From Eledone cirrhosa (Eukaryota): a DNA stretch of 64,000 bases. Both the position numbers and the translations under genes were made by a program. Below the pieces are notes generated by a model. The model worked only from the letters and a program-made list of their open reading frames with translations, had not been told where the DNA came from and made no database searches. Below are positions 41,186 to 55,183 of this stretch, one piece after another. Every line of letters starts with the position of its first letter. Positions within the stretch are counted from its first letter, which is position 1. The stretch spans positions 33,666,001 through 33,730,000 of the forward strand of contig OZ024757.1 of the NCBI GenBank assembly GCA_964016885.1, in the 5' to 3' direction.

Positions 41186-42404
41186 CTAAAACAAGAAAGA
41201 AAAAACAGTGTTAAAAAGAAATCAACATTAAGACATTGATAAATTATTTTATATTTCATCTACACACAAAAAAAAAAAATGGAGGCTGAATTAAGTGCAA
41301 AATATGGTGGGTGTGATTTGTTGTGTCACTCCACAGTAGTATTACAGAGGAAAATATGACAGAAAAATCACAAGTATCTCCCACACAGGACATATAAGCA
41401 AAGAAAGCATTCACACAGCAATCAGGTAACATGTGGGTAACTATAAAGGCATACTAATCACTGTAAAGAAAAGGAAAATGAAGAAGATGGTAGGCCAGGT
41501 GTCAAGATCTGATGGATTAACCAAGACCATTCTCCAAGATACAGTTGAGGGGGAAAAGAAGGCAAGGACACCCAAAGAATAAATGGGCCAGTAAAAATGT
41601 TGTAATGATTCTGGAATGCCAAATTGTGACAAGTCATAACACCATACAACCCTCTCCATCACTTTGTATATTTACACAATTTTGCTATGTCCCAAAGATG
41701 TTTAGCGATTTATCTATAGATTGCAAGAAATTATTATACAGTTAATTGATTTATACAAATTTCTATAAAACTCTGATATTTAAGGTTCAGTAATACAGTT
41801 CTCTGAAGTGAGGGCCCTAGGTGGCTGCTAAGTTGACCTTAATAGTAGCACCAACTTTGAAGCCACCAATGCAGATTATTCTAAATATGGTGGGCAGGGT
41901 GGTGGGAATGGAGCTAAACTCAGTTAAACACGCACACGCACACGCGCACACACACACACACTAGACTAGAACACATAAAATTACACACTGGTAAATGCGT
42001 GATTTACATACAGGTAGAAGCAATGTAGAGTAGTGTCTAACCTATTTCTTTGAGTGGCAATATCACAGTCTGTGCATGTATATATATATATATGATGCGC
42101 ATGTATATATATATATGATGCGCATGTATATATATATATGATGCGCATGTATATATATATATGATGCGCATGTATATATATATATGATGCGCATGTATAT
42201 ATATATATATATATATGATGCGCATGTATATATATGTGATGCGCATGTATATATATGATGCGCATGTATATATATATTTTTTTAAAAAGGCTCCAGTTGC
42301 ATTTTCGATTTCATCTTTTTTTTCTATATATATATATATATATATGTGTGTATGTGTGTGTATACATACATGTATATATGTCCAACCCATGCAAGCATGG
42401 AAAA

Positions 42405-43655
42405 GCAGTGATGCTACAGCGGGATGGTGGTGGTGGTAGTGGTGGCAGTGACGCTACAGCAGCATGGTGGTAGTGGTGGTGGTAGTGGTGGTGGTGTCAG
42501 TGACGCTACAGCAGTATGGTGGTAGTGGTGGTGGTAGTGGTGGTAGTGGTGGTGGTGGTAGTGGTAGTGGTGGTGGTAGTGGTGGCAGTGACGCTACAGC
42601 AGCATGGTGGTGGTGGTAGTGGTAGTGGTGGTGGTGGTAGTGGTGGTAGTGGTGGTAGTGGTGGTGGTAGTGGTGGCAGTTACGCTACAGCAGCATGGTG
42701 GTGGTGGTAGTGGTGGTAGTGGTGGTGGTAGTGGTGGCAGTTACGCTACAGCAGCATGGTGGTGGTGGTAGTGGTAGTGGTGGTGGTAGTGGTGGCAGTG
42801 ACGCTACAGCAGCATGGTGGTAGTGGTGGTGGTAGCGGTGGCAGTGACGCTACAGCAGCATGGTGGTGGTGGTAGTGGTGGTGGTAGTGGTGGTAGTGGT
42901 GGTAGTGGTGGTGGTAGTGGTGGTAGTGGTGGTGGTAGTGGTGGCAGTGACGCTACAGCAGTATGGTGGTGGTGGTAGTGGTGGTAGTGGTGGTAGTGGT
43001 GGTGGTAGTGGTGGTGGTAGTGGTGGTAGTGGTGGTGGTAGTGGTGGTAGTGGTGGTGGTAGTGGTGGTGGTAGTGGTGGTGGTGGTAGTGGTAGTGGTG
43101 GTAGTGGTGGTGGTAGTGGTGGCAGTGACGCTACAGCAGCATGGTGATGGTGGTAGTGGTGGTAGTGATGGCAATGATGCTACAGCGAGAGGGTGGTGAT
43201 GGTGGTGGTGGTACAGCAAGAGGGTGATGGTGGTGGTGGTGGTAATACAGCGAGAGGGTGGTGGTGGTGGTGATACAGCAAGAGGGTGGTGGTGGTGGTG
43301 ATACAGCAAGAGGGTGGTGGTGGTGGTACAGCAATAGGGTGGTGGTGGTGGTACAGCAAGAGGGTGGTGGTGGTGGTACAGCAAGAGGGTGGTGGTGGTG
43401 GTACAGCAAGAGGGTGGTGGTGGTGGTGATACAGCAAGAGGGTGGTGGTGGTGGTACAGCAAGAGGGTGGTGGTACAGCAAGAGGATGGTGGTGGTGGTA
43501 CAGCAATAGGGTGGTGGTGGTGGTACAGCAAGAGGGTGGTGGTGGTGGTACAGCAAGAGGATGGTGGTGGTGGTACAGCAAGAGGGTGGTGATGGTGATG
43601 ATACAGCGAGGTGATGGTGGTGATGGTGATGATACAGCGAGGTGATGGTGGTGGT
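42405..43655. repeat. (GGT)n-based compound minisatellite
   Basis: GGT runs punctuated by GTGACGCTACAGCAGCAT, then by TACAGCAAGAGG. Confidence 0.9.
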
Positions 43656-44225
43656 ATTTGAGAGCGGGAGTTAGGAGGAGGAATAGTAGTAGGAGGAGAT
43701 TAGGAAGGATTTACAGAGGGGAGTTGCTACTTCCATCACAGTGATTAACAGATCAGTATGGAGTCTTATGTTAAGTCAAGATGGTGGTAGTGGTGGTGTG
43801 GTGGTAATGTAGTAGTGGTGGTGGTGTGGTGGTAATGTAGTAGTGGTGGTGGTTGTAGTGGTGATGTGGTGGTGGTGTGGTGGTAGTGTAGTAGTGGTAG
43901 TGGTGATGTGGCAGTGGTGGTGGTGTAGTGGTCGTGGTTGTGCTGGTGGCTGTGGGGCTGATAGTGGTGCAGTGGTGGTGATGGTTGTGATTGTGGTGGT
44001 ATAGTGGTGGTGTTGCTGATGGTGGTGTGGTGGTTGTGATGGTGGCGTGGTGGTTGTGATGGTGGCGGTGTGGTGGTGTTGCTGATGGTGGTGTGGTGGT
44101 TGTGATGGTGGCGGTGTGGTGGTGGTGCTGCTGCTGGTGGCTGTGGGGCTGATGGTGGTGTGGTGGTTGTGATGATAGTGGTATGGTGGTGGTGGTGCTG
44201 CTGTTGTTGGTTGTGGGCTTGAGGT

Positions 44226-44775
44226 GTGGCTTTACCTCACATAACATCGAATCTATGAGATTTTGATGTTTTTTTATTTTGAGAACAATACCTTAACATC
44301 AGTGTGAGGGGCTGGTTACAGCTGGTTTGAACAGAATGAGGTGAGAAAATTCTGGCCGGATATGGCCAGTTGAAATGCTAATTCTCTCACCTCTTTCTGT
44401 TCAAACTAGCTCTAACTGACTATCCATACGAATGATAAGATATTGTTCTCAAAATAAATAACATCAAAATTTTGTCGCTTCCATATTATTTGAGATAATT
44501 ATGTGAGGTAAAGCCTTTACTGTGAAAATACAATAGTAAATATAAAGTAATGTAAATGCTATGTGAGATAATTATGTGAGGTAAAGCCTTTACTGTGAAA
44601 ATACAATAGTAAATATAAAGTAATGTAAATGCTATGTGAGATAATTATGTGAGGTAAAGCCTTTACTGTGAAAATACAATAGTAAATATAAAGTAATGTA
44701 AATGCTATGTGAGGTAAAGCCTTTACTGTGAAAATACAATAGTAAATATAGAGTAATGTAAATGTAAAGGGTTAA
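44226..44775. mobile_element. Rearranged piggyBac-like MITE pair with internal 73-bp tandem amplification
   Basis: Two MITE bodies in inverted orientation, then about 4 copies of the subterminal unit ending AAAGGG-TTAA. Confidence 0.7.
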
Positions 44776-45250
44776 CTCTGTGATGGCTAGTTTCCTGTTC
44801 AGGAGAAATCTTGTATTCTTAGTCTCTTAGCGCCATAAAAAACGGAATAAGCACATCTAATGAGCCTTCAGGCTCGAGACAGACTTTATACTTAGACAGG
44901 GGTGTAGAATCTGCCCCTTCTTTCCACTCCCTCTTTTTTTTTTTTTTAATTTTTTTTTTTACAATATTTAATTTTTTTTGTTTGTTACAACATATATATT
45001 TACAATTAATTGAAATACAGTATATTTTTGTTAGAAATATGGTCACGAAAGGATTAAACTCCCTCTCCCCAGCCTGTCACCTGAGAAACAACAACAACAT
45101 GCCTACCACAAATACAACTCTGTGTGTATGTATATATACATATATATATATATGCACATATGTGTGCGTGTTTGCATGCATGAGTATTTTCAAAGACATT
45201 TTCAGCATTATATATATATATGTATATATACATATACACCTATATACACC

Positions 45251-45288
<38 letters not shown>

Positions 45289-45320
45289 CACCTATATACG
45301 CCATTATATATATATATATA

Positions 45321-45381
<61 letters not shown>

Positions 45382-45756
45382 CAGTGCATCTTCGCTTATC
45401 CGGATATCGCTTTTCCGAAATTCGATTTACCTGGCAGCTATTTCTATACTACTATTTATTCATTTTTAAAAAAGACTTTTTATGGTTTGACTCAATTCAG
45501 TTTTACCAAGTTTTTAGTTATTCTTATGTTTGTTTAATTAATTTTCTTATAAATTCTAGCTGTTCTTTTGTTATTCTAATAAACTTTCTTTACTTAGCAT
45601 TTGTCTTTTATTTTGACTAAAAGAAAACAAAATATTAGAAACCACGAGCATTATGTAACAATGGGATTTTTGAATTCACTTATCCGGATATTTCACTTAA
45701 CCGGATCTTTTTCTAACTGTTTGGTTTTGACCGTCCGGATAAGCGAAGGTTCACTG
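45382..45756. mobile_element. Tc1/mariner-pogo-type MITE
   Basis: TA-CAGTGCATCTTCGCTTATCCGGA...TCCGGATAAGCGAAGGTTCACTG-TA: about 23-bp TIRs and TA TSD. Confidence 0.85.
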
Positions 45757-45798
45757 TACATATATATATATATACACATATATATATACACCATTATA

Positions 45799-46012
45799 TA
45801 GGAACGAGTAGGACCCCGACGGCTGAGCTCAAGCCGTTTCAACGGCTAATTCTGGACTAAATTTAGTCCAGAATTAGCTGTCGAAACGGCTTGAGCTCAG
45901 CCATCGGGGTCCTACTCGTTCCTATTACCCACTCTACTACCCTAAGTATTGAGTATTTTGGTGCATTATGGTCCACCTGGTTCCTTACCACATTTCCTTT
46001 GTTACACCATTA
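45799..46012 (+). mobile_element. Fold-back insertion with 3' half of a hammerhead, family copy 2
   Basis: Palindrome 45799-45924 with essentially no loop. The left arm complement reads GAAA-CGGCT-TGAGCTC-AGCCG-TC-GGGGTCC. Same tail as copy 1. Confidence 0.7.
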
Positions 46013-46057
46013 TATATATATATACACACACACATATATACACCATTGATGTATATA

Positions 46058-46088
<31 letters not shown>

Positions 46089-46524
46089 CATCATCATCAT
46101 CGTTTAACGTCCATGTTCCACGCTTGCATGGGTTTGGACGGGAGTTTTCCCACTTGAGGCAAGAGTGGTTGTCTTGCTCGCATAGGACTGTCTGGCGGGT
46201 TTTCTACAGCTGGATGCCCTTCCTAACACCAACCACATTTACAGTGTATATATATATATAATTGTTTCTACATTAGGCACAAGGCCAGCAATTATACCAG
46301 TGTATTACTGGTATTTTATTTTATCGACCCCGTAAGGATGAAAGGCAAAGTTAACCTCGGCAGGATTTCAACTCAGAACGTATGACACCTTTACGAATGA
46401 GCTGATTCCCAGCCAACTTTTCAGGAAGCATGATGGAAGAAATTTTACTCAAACATTTGATTTTGATTTTAATTTTAAACCTTTCTTTACTCCTACCAAC
46501 TCTTTTTAATTAACTTTTTTCACT

Positions 46525-46568
46525 GAATTTGACAAGATGGATCCTAATACATCGAAACCGGTAACTTT
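46525..46568 (+). ncRNA. Degenerate minimal hammerhead-like motif
   Basis: GAATT-TTGACAA(overlapping T; CTGACGA-like)-GATG..CATC-GAAA-CCGG-TA-ACTTT: stem II GATG/CATC and palindromic stem III ACCGGT, but the core is mutated. Confidence 0.4.
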
Positions 46569-48267
46569 ATCATATACTTTATATACTTCATAAAAAAATG
46601 TTTAAAAAAGAATTGTCCCTCTCTTTTTTTAATAACATTATCTTTTTAATGACACTATCTTTTCAAAAATGTAACTTTGACGAATCAAAAAACAAAAACA
46701 GACCCTTAAATATATCTCCCGTGCTATTTCCAACTTTATCTTTTCTCTATATCCACTGTTTTGTATAGAACCTCACTTCCTTTTTCTAATATATATATAT
46801 ATATACACCATTTATACACCATTTATATATGCTACCATACTGCACTACACATCTCAACACACACACCACATCAGCATCACCGCAACACTCCCGCTACACA
46901 CCTCCCCACTACACATCACCCACCCCACCATCACACATCACCCACCCCACCACCACACAGCCACCCATGAAAGAACTGTGTCAGTATGTTAGTGGTGACT
47001 TGCAGGATTGAGTGAGGGGTAGAGCGGGGGGGGGGGGGGGGAGAAATGTGTGAAAATGAGAGGGAGAAAAATGTGTGTGTGTGTGAAGGTAGGTGTGTGT
47101 GTGTGAAGGTATGTGTGTGTTTGTGTGTTTGCCAAACTGACTGAATAGTTATACATATATATTTATGCGTATATATATATGTGTGTGTGTGTATGTATAT
47201 AGATGTATATATATGTATGTATATAAATATATATATATATATGCATATACACCTATATATATATACATATATACATATTTATATATATACATATATATAT
47301 TAAATTTATATATATATATAAGCATATATGTATGTGTGTGTCTGTGTGTATGTATATCTATCTATATATATATACACATATATATATATGTATGTGTATG
47401 TATATATATATCATCACCATCACCGTTTAACATCTATTTTCTTTCTTTGCATGCATTAGACAGACTGTCACGTACTAAGACCCTACTAGACAGAAGACTG
47501 TCATGCCTGCAGGCTGTTTTGGGCTCAGTTCTTACAGCTGGATGCCCTTCCTAATGTCAACCACATTGTAGCATGAACTGGGAGCATTTTGTTATGTCCC
47601 CAACACTACCTCCTTACTGGGTGGAATGGGTACTTTTTGTTGTGGCACCAGCATTGCCACCTTACAGGGTGGACTAGGGGCATTTTGTCATGACACCAGC
47701 AGTACCACTTCACTGGGTGGACTGGGTACTTTTTGTCATGACACCAGCACTACCACCTCACTGGGTGGACTAGGTGCATTTTGTCATGACACCAGCACTA
47801 CCACTTTACAATGGTGGACTAGGTGCATTTTGTCATGACACCAGCACTACCACTTTACAATGGTGGACTGGGTACTTTTTGTCATGACACCAGCACTACC
47901 ACCTCACTGGGTGGACTGGGTACTTTTTGACATGACACCAGCACTACCACCTCACTGGGTGGACTGGGTACTTTTTGTCATAGCACCATCCCTACCACCT
48001 TACATGGTGGATTGGGTACTTTTTGTTGTAGCACCAGTACTACCTCATTACAAAACTAGGGTGCTCAGTATGTCTTTGATCAGGAGGGAGTAAAAAACGA
48101 GAATGGTGTTGCTCCCTACACATACACACATGTATATCATGACTCATACACTATTCACTTCCCTGACATTTGTATATTATTCTATGTACTATACATGCAC
48201 CTTTGACGAGTTGTAGTGCACCTGAGCACTTTACATAATAATTTCATTATTATTATTATTATATGCT

Positions 48268-48462
48268 GCGGTGGATTGGCAGTATCGGTAGAGGGTCGGA
48301 CGGCATGCTTTGACGCATAGAGTTACGGCCCTTGCCATTCTGAGTTCAAATCCCGCCGAGGTTAACTTTGCCTTTCATCCTTACGGGGTCGATAAAATAA
48401 AGTACCAGTAATACACTGGGTAATTTGCTGGCCTTGTGCCAAAAGTAGAAACAATTATTATT
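48268..48462 (+). mobile_element. Second tRNA-derived SINE family (about 190 bp), representative copy
   Basis: B box GAGTTCAAATCC and core GCCTTTCATCCTTACGGGGTCGATAAAATAAAGTACCAG (recalled as Meta-domain-like, unverified). Other copies near 6598, 9840, 14757, 23836, 26950, 29088, 34470, 46262 and 51510. Confidence 0.85.
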
Positions 48463-48524
48463 ATATGCTGCACCTCAAAAGTCTGTGCCTCTCTGAAGCA
48501 TGTGCTTCTCTGAAATGTGTACCC

Positions 48525-49890
48525 TCCTAAGGTCTGTGTCTCCCTCTAAGGTCTGTGTCTCCCTCTAAGGGCTGTGTCTCTCTAAGGTTTGTGTCTCTCT
48601 AAAGTCTGTGTCTCTCTAAAGTCTGTGTCTCTCTAAGGTCTGTGTCTCCCTCTAAGGTCTGTGTCTCTCTAAGGTCTGTGTCTCTCTAAGGTCTGTCTCC
48701 CTCTAAGGTCTGTGTCTCTCTAAGGTCTGTGTCTCTCTAAAGTCTGTGTCTCTCTCTAAAGTCTGTGTCTCTCTAAGGTCTGTCTCCCTCTAAGGTCTGT
48801 GTCTCTCTAAGGTCTGTGTCTCTCTAAGGTCTGTGTCTCTCTAAGGTCTGTCTCCCTCTAAGGGCTGTGTCTCTCTCTAAGGTCTGTGTCTCTCTAAGGT
48901 CTGTGTCTCTCTAAGGTCTGTGTCTCTCTAAGGTCTGTGTCTCTCTAAGGTCTGTCTCCCTCTAAGGTCTGTGTCTCTCTAAGGTCTGTGTCTCTCTAAG
49001 GTCTGTGTCTCCCTCTAAGGTCTGTCTCCCTCTAAGGTCTGTCTCCCTCTAAGGTCTGTGTCTCTCTAAGGTCTGTGTCTCTCTAAAGTCTGTGTCTCTC
49101 TAAGGTCTGTGTCTCCCTCTAAGGTCTGTGTCTCTCTAAGGTCTGTGTCTCTCTAAGGTCTGTGTCTCTCTAAGGTCTGTGTCTCTCTAAGGTCTGTGTC
49201 TCCCTCTAAGGTCTGTGTCTCTCTAAGGTCTGTGTCTCTCTAAGGTCTGTGTCTCTCTAAGGTCTGTCTCCCTCTAAGGTCTGTGTCTCTCTAAGGTCTG
49301 TGTCTCTCTAAGGTCTGTGTCTCTCTAAGGTCTGTGTCTCTCTAAGGTCTGTGTCTCTCTAAGGTCTGTGTCTCTCTAAGGTCTGTGTCTCTCTAAGGTC
49401 TGTCTCCCTCTAAGGTCTGTCTCCCTCTAAGGTCTGTGTCTCTCTAAGGTCTGTCTCCCTCTAAGGGCTGTGTCTCCCTCTAAGGGCTGTGTCTCCCTCT
49501 AAGGGCTGTGTCTCCCTCTAAGGGTTGTCTCTCTCTCTAAGGTCTGTGTCTCCCTCTAAGGGCTGTGTCTCCCTCTAAGGGCTGTGTCTCTCTCTAAGGT
49601 CTGTGTCTCCCTCTAATGTCTGTTCCTCTCTAAGAGCTGTCTCCTTCTAAGGTCTCTCCCCTCTCTAAGCTCTGTGTCTCCCTCTAATGTCTGTTCCTCT
49701 CTAAGAGCTGTGTCTCCTAAGGTCTCTCCCCTCTCTAAGGTCTGTGTCTCTCTCTACTAGTGCCTGTCCCCTCTCTAAGGACTGTGTCTGTGTCTCCCTC
49801 TAATACCCTGTCCCCTCTCTAAGGTTTGTGTTTCTCTCTAATAATGCCTGTCCCCTCTCTAAAGTCTGTGCCCCTCTTCTTAATGTCTGC
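48525..49890. repeat. 17/19-bp minisatellite
   Basis: AAGGTCTGTGTCTCTCT. Confidence 0.97.
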
Positions 49891-51730
49891 TCCCTAAATA
49901 GCTGCCGAGTTGGCCTTAATGTTAGCATCAGCCCTGCTCTGATGTTAATGTGGCTTGTAACAACCTTGTGAAATATTGGGTTATATAAATATGAAAGGAA
50001 GCCTCTGATGGCAGACTAATTAAACACAGCACTAATATAAATAAATGCCAGTCATAAGACATGGGGAGATGGACTGAAGAGTTGAGGGGAGGGGGGGGGG
50101 GCATGTTGAGATGGAATGGAGAGGGAAGAGGTGCCAGTGGGGGACATGGTGAGATGGAATGGAGGAGGACATGGTAAATAATCCCATTGACAATCATCAT
50201 CACCATCATCATTAGCACCACTATCATCATGACAATCATCACCATCATCATCATTAGCACCATATCATCATCACCATCATCACCATCATCATAATTAGCA
50301 CCTTATCATCATCACCATCATCACCATCAACATCATCGTCAACATCACCACCATCAACATATCATCATCACCACCATCAACATATCATCATCACCACCAT
50401 CAACATATCATCATCATCATTATCATCATCATCATCATCATCACTAACATCATCATCATCGTTATCACCACTACTAACATCACCACCATTATCACCACCA
50501 CCACCATTATCACCACCACCACCATTATCACCACCACCATCATCACCACCACCATTATCACCACCACCACCATTATCACCACCACCACCATTATCACCAC
50601 CACCATTATCACCACCACCACCACCATCACCACCACCACCACCACCACCACCATCATCATCACCACCACCACCATCACCACCACCACCACCATCACCACC
50701 ACCACCACCACCATCATCATCACCACCACCACCATCATCACCACCACCACCACCATCATTATCATCACCACTAACATCATCATTACCTCCACTAGCATCA
50801 TCATCATCATCATCATCATCATCAACAGCATAATCCCCAATACAATAACCACCACCAGTATCATCATCATCACCACTACAAACACCACCAACGTTGGCAT
50901 CAGACCCTCTTCACACACACACACATACACATACACACAGACACACACACAGACACACACACAGACACATACACACACATACACACATACAGACACACAT
51001 ACACACACATACAGACACACACACACATACACATACAGACACACACACACAGACACATACATATACAGACACACACAGACACAGACACACACACATACAC
51101 ATACATACAGACACACACATACACACAGACAGTCACATACAGACACACAGTCACACACATACACACACAGACACACACACACACAGTCACACACATACAC
51201 ACAGACACACAGTCACACACACAGAGACACAGTCACACCCTCATACACACATGTAGAATTGCCTGAAGAAATTGATACATATGTTTGCAAGGACAGTTTG
51301 CTGAGGGGGGGGGGGGGGGCGATTATGTGATAAACCAAAGAAACTAATGTGACTGGGTGGGGTGGGGTGTGCTAGGAGCCACCCTAGGTGCAATGGTGGG
51401 GAGGAGGGTTTAGAGACAGCAGAAGTCGCATAACATTTGAGGTCAACGATTTCTATGGAATTGAAAAAGCTTTTTTTTTTCTAACGTAAGGAAATATAAG
51501 ACAAAATAATTGTTTCTACTTTAGGCACAAGGCCAGCAAATACCCAGTGCATTACTGGTACTTTATTTTATCGACCCCGTAAGGATGAAAGGCAAAGTTA
51601 ACCTCGGCGGGATTTGAACTCAGATCGTAAAGGGACGTAACTATGCTGGAAAGCATGGCGTCCGACCCTCTACTGATACTGCCAATCCACCGCCCTATAT
51701 AAGACAAAATAATAAGGATGCACAAGTGTA

Positions 51731-51779
<49 letters not shown>

Positions 51780-52322
51780 ATGTATATATGTGTGTGTGTG
51801 TATGTATATATGTGTGTGTGTGTATGTATATATGTGTGTGTGTGTATGTATATATGTGTGTGTGTATGTATATATATATGTGTGTATGTATATATATGTG
51901 TGTATGTATATATGTGTGTGTATGTATATATGTGTGTGTGTGTGTATGTGTGTATATGTGTGTGTATGTATATATATATGTCTGTGTGTGTGTATATGTG
52001 TGTGTATGTATATATATATGTCTGTGTGTGTGTATATATATATGTGTGTGTGTGTATGTATATATATCTGTTATACACAAGTCAGTTGATTACATATCAG
52101 CTAAGTCTTTAACTCATTGTTTATATTTATATATATATCATCATCATCAATTAACGTCCATCTTCCATACTAGCATGGGTTGGACAGGTCCTATTTTGAG
52201 GTAGTTGTGTCGGGTGACCATGTCTCGCTCAAATAGGGGTGTTTCTGGTTGGTTTTCTGGCTGCCCTTCCTAACGCCAACCATATTTACATATATATATA
52301 TTTATATATATATACATATATA

Positions 52323-52362
<40 letters not shown>

Positions 52363-53143
52363 AAGCGAAACCTACAGTCAGTAGGCACCTCTTAACCAAA
52401 ATACACCCCCATCCCACTAAACCTACCCCCACCGCCATCTACACCACCCCTTTCGATGTAAAGCTATGTTGGTACCACAACATCCAGTCCTAAATAAATG
52501 AGGTTGTGTAGGTGTCACGACAAAAAAAAAAAAAACACACACACACACAGTCCACGCTGTAATGTGGCTGTGTAGGTAACACGTTAAAAACCGCCCAGTC
52601 CACACTGTAAACGTGGTTGGTGTTAGGAAGGGCATCCAGCCGTAGAAAACCCGCCAGACAGTCCTGAGTAAGACAACCAATCTTGCCTCAAGTGGGACAA
52701 TTCCCGTCCAGACCCATGCTAGCGCGGTAAATGGACGTTAAACGATGATGATGATGATGATATATTTGGGTTTGTTGGTTCACCACTGGATAGAACTGGT
52801 CATTCTGTGTGGTCAGCCACGATGTAATGTTATGGAAAGCACTCAACGTAATGCAACTCACCCGTCTTCGTTTGTGTTGTTGGTGGTGCGAGTACGGAGT
52901 TAATTATTATAAAATAACAGGAGTCATGTTCTGGTCTAAATCCTTGATCATTTCAATGACCGTGTTCAGTATGAATCCAGTGACATCATCAGGTAATTCA
53001 AAATATAACGAAGGAATATATCATAAAAATCCTTGGTGTTTAAATCAGAGACAAGAGGACGGCCGGTATTTTAGCAGCTTGTAGCTGCATCGACCGCCCT
53101 CAAGTGCTCATAATTGGGTCAAGATATACATATATATATATAT

Positions 53144-53470
53144 AGGGCGCATGGCTTAGTGGTTAGAGCATTGGGCTTGCAATGGAAAGGTTGTGAGTTC
53201 AATTCTCAGACCGAGTGATGTGTTGTTTCCTTGAGCAAGACACTTTATTTCACATTGCTCCAGTTTACTCAGCTGTAGAAATGAGATGATAGGACTGGGG
53301 TCCCTATCATTCCACTGTAAAGTGGACATGTAGGTGCCACAGAAAGAAAACACCCAGCACTCACTGTAAATGAGGTTGGTGTTAGGAAGGGCATCCAGCT
53401 GTAGAAATCAAGCCAGAATCAGTTCCCGTCCCACCCTTGCAAGCAGGGAAAAGCGGACGTAAAATGATGA
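53144..53470 (+). mobile_element. tRNA-derived SINE, same family as 8054-8398
   Basis: GGGCGCATGGCTTAGTGGTTAGAGC...GAGTTCAATTC...GCAAGCAGGGAAAAGCGGACGTAAAATGATGA. Confidence 0.85.
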
Positions 53471-53473
53471 TAA

Positions 53474-53508
<35 letters not shown>

Positions 53509-53639
53509 TTTTATATATATGTATATAGTAATAAAACACTCACTGTTTGGTTTGGATTGGTTTTCGTTTCTGTATCTTTTATATCTCTATAGTTGATTTA
53601 TCTGGCAATCAATGTTTATCATTGATTGACTAAATATAT

Positions 53640-53692
<53 letters not shown>

Positions 53693-53789
53693 CAATATTA
53701 AATAAATGGAAACTATATTTATAAAACCATATTTATTTCATTATATATAACAATTTAAATATATATAACAATTTAAATATAACTTTCCA

Positions 53790-53790
53790 T

Positions 53791-53872
<82 letters not shown>

Positions 53873-53898
53873 ATATGTATTTATATATATATATATGT

Positions 53899-53939
<41 letters not shown>

Positions 53940-53956
53940 TTTATATATATATATGT

Positions 53957-54030
<74 letters not shown>

Positions 54031-54491
54031 TTATTTATATATATATGTATTTATTTATATATATATGTATTTATTTATATATATATGTATTTATTTATAT
54101 ATATATGTATTTATTTATATATATATGTATTTATTTATATATATATGTATTTATTTATATATATATGTATTTATTTATATATATATGTATTTATTTATAT
54201 ATATATGTATTTATTTATATATATATGTATTTATTTATATATATATGTATTTATTTATATATATATGTATTTATTTATATATATATGTATTTATTTATAT
54301 ATATATGTATTTATTTATATATATATGTATTTATTTATATATATATGTATTTATATATATATGTATTTATATATATATGTATTTATTTATATATATATGT
54401 ATTTATATATATATGTATTTATTTATATATATATGTATTTATATATATATGTATTTATATATATATGTATTTATTTATATATATATGTATT

Positions 54492-54535
<44 letters not shown>

Positions 54536-54708
54536 GTATTTATATATATATATATATATATATGTATTTATATGTATATATATATATGTATTTATATATA
54601 TATATATATATGTATTTATATATATATATATATATGTATTTATATATATATATATATATGTATTTATATATATATATATATATGTATTTATATATATATA
54701 TATATATG

Positions 54709-54753
<45 letters not shown>

Positions 54754-55183
54754 TTATTTATATATATATGTATTTATTTATATATATATGTATTTATTTA
54801 TATATATATATGTATTTATTTATATATATATATGTATTTATTTATATATATATATGTATTTATATGTATATATGTATTTATTTATATATATATATGTATT
54901 TATATGTATATATGTATTTATATGTATATATGTATTTATATGTATATATGTATTTATTTATATATATATATGTATTTATATGTATATATGTATTTATTTA
55001 TATATATATATGTATTTATATGTATATATATATGTATTTATATGTATATATATATGTATTTATATGTATATATATATATGTATTTATATGTATATATATA
55101 TGTATTTATATGTATATATACATATATATATGTATATATATATGTATATATATGTATATATATATGTGTATATATATATATAT
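53790..55183. repeat. TA-derived array including a perfect 20-bp unit
   Basis: ATATATGTATTTATTTATAT repeated from 54021 to about 54340. Confidence 0.95.

Noticed and set aside
44856-44890. CTAATGAGCCTTCAGGCTCGAGAC resembling a hammerhead core
   Set aside because: Both core segments are mutated, the spacing is off and there is no stem I or III.
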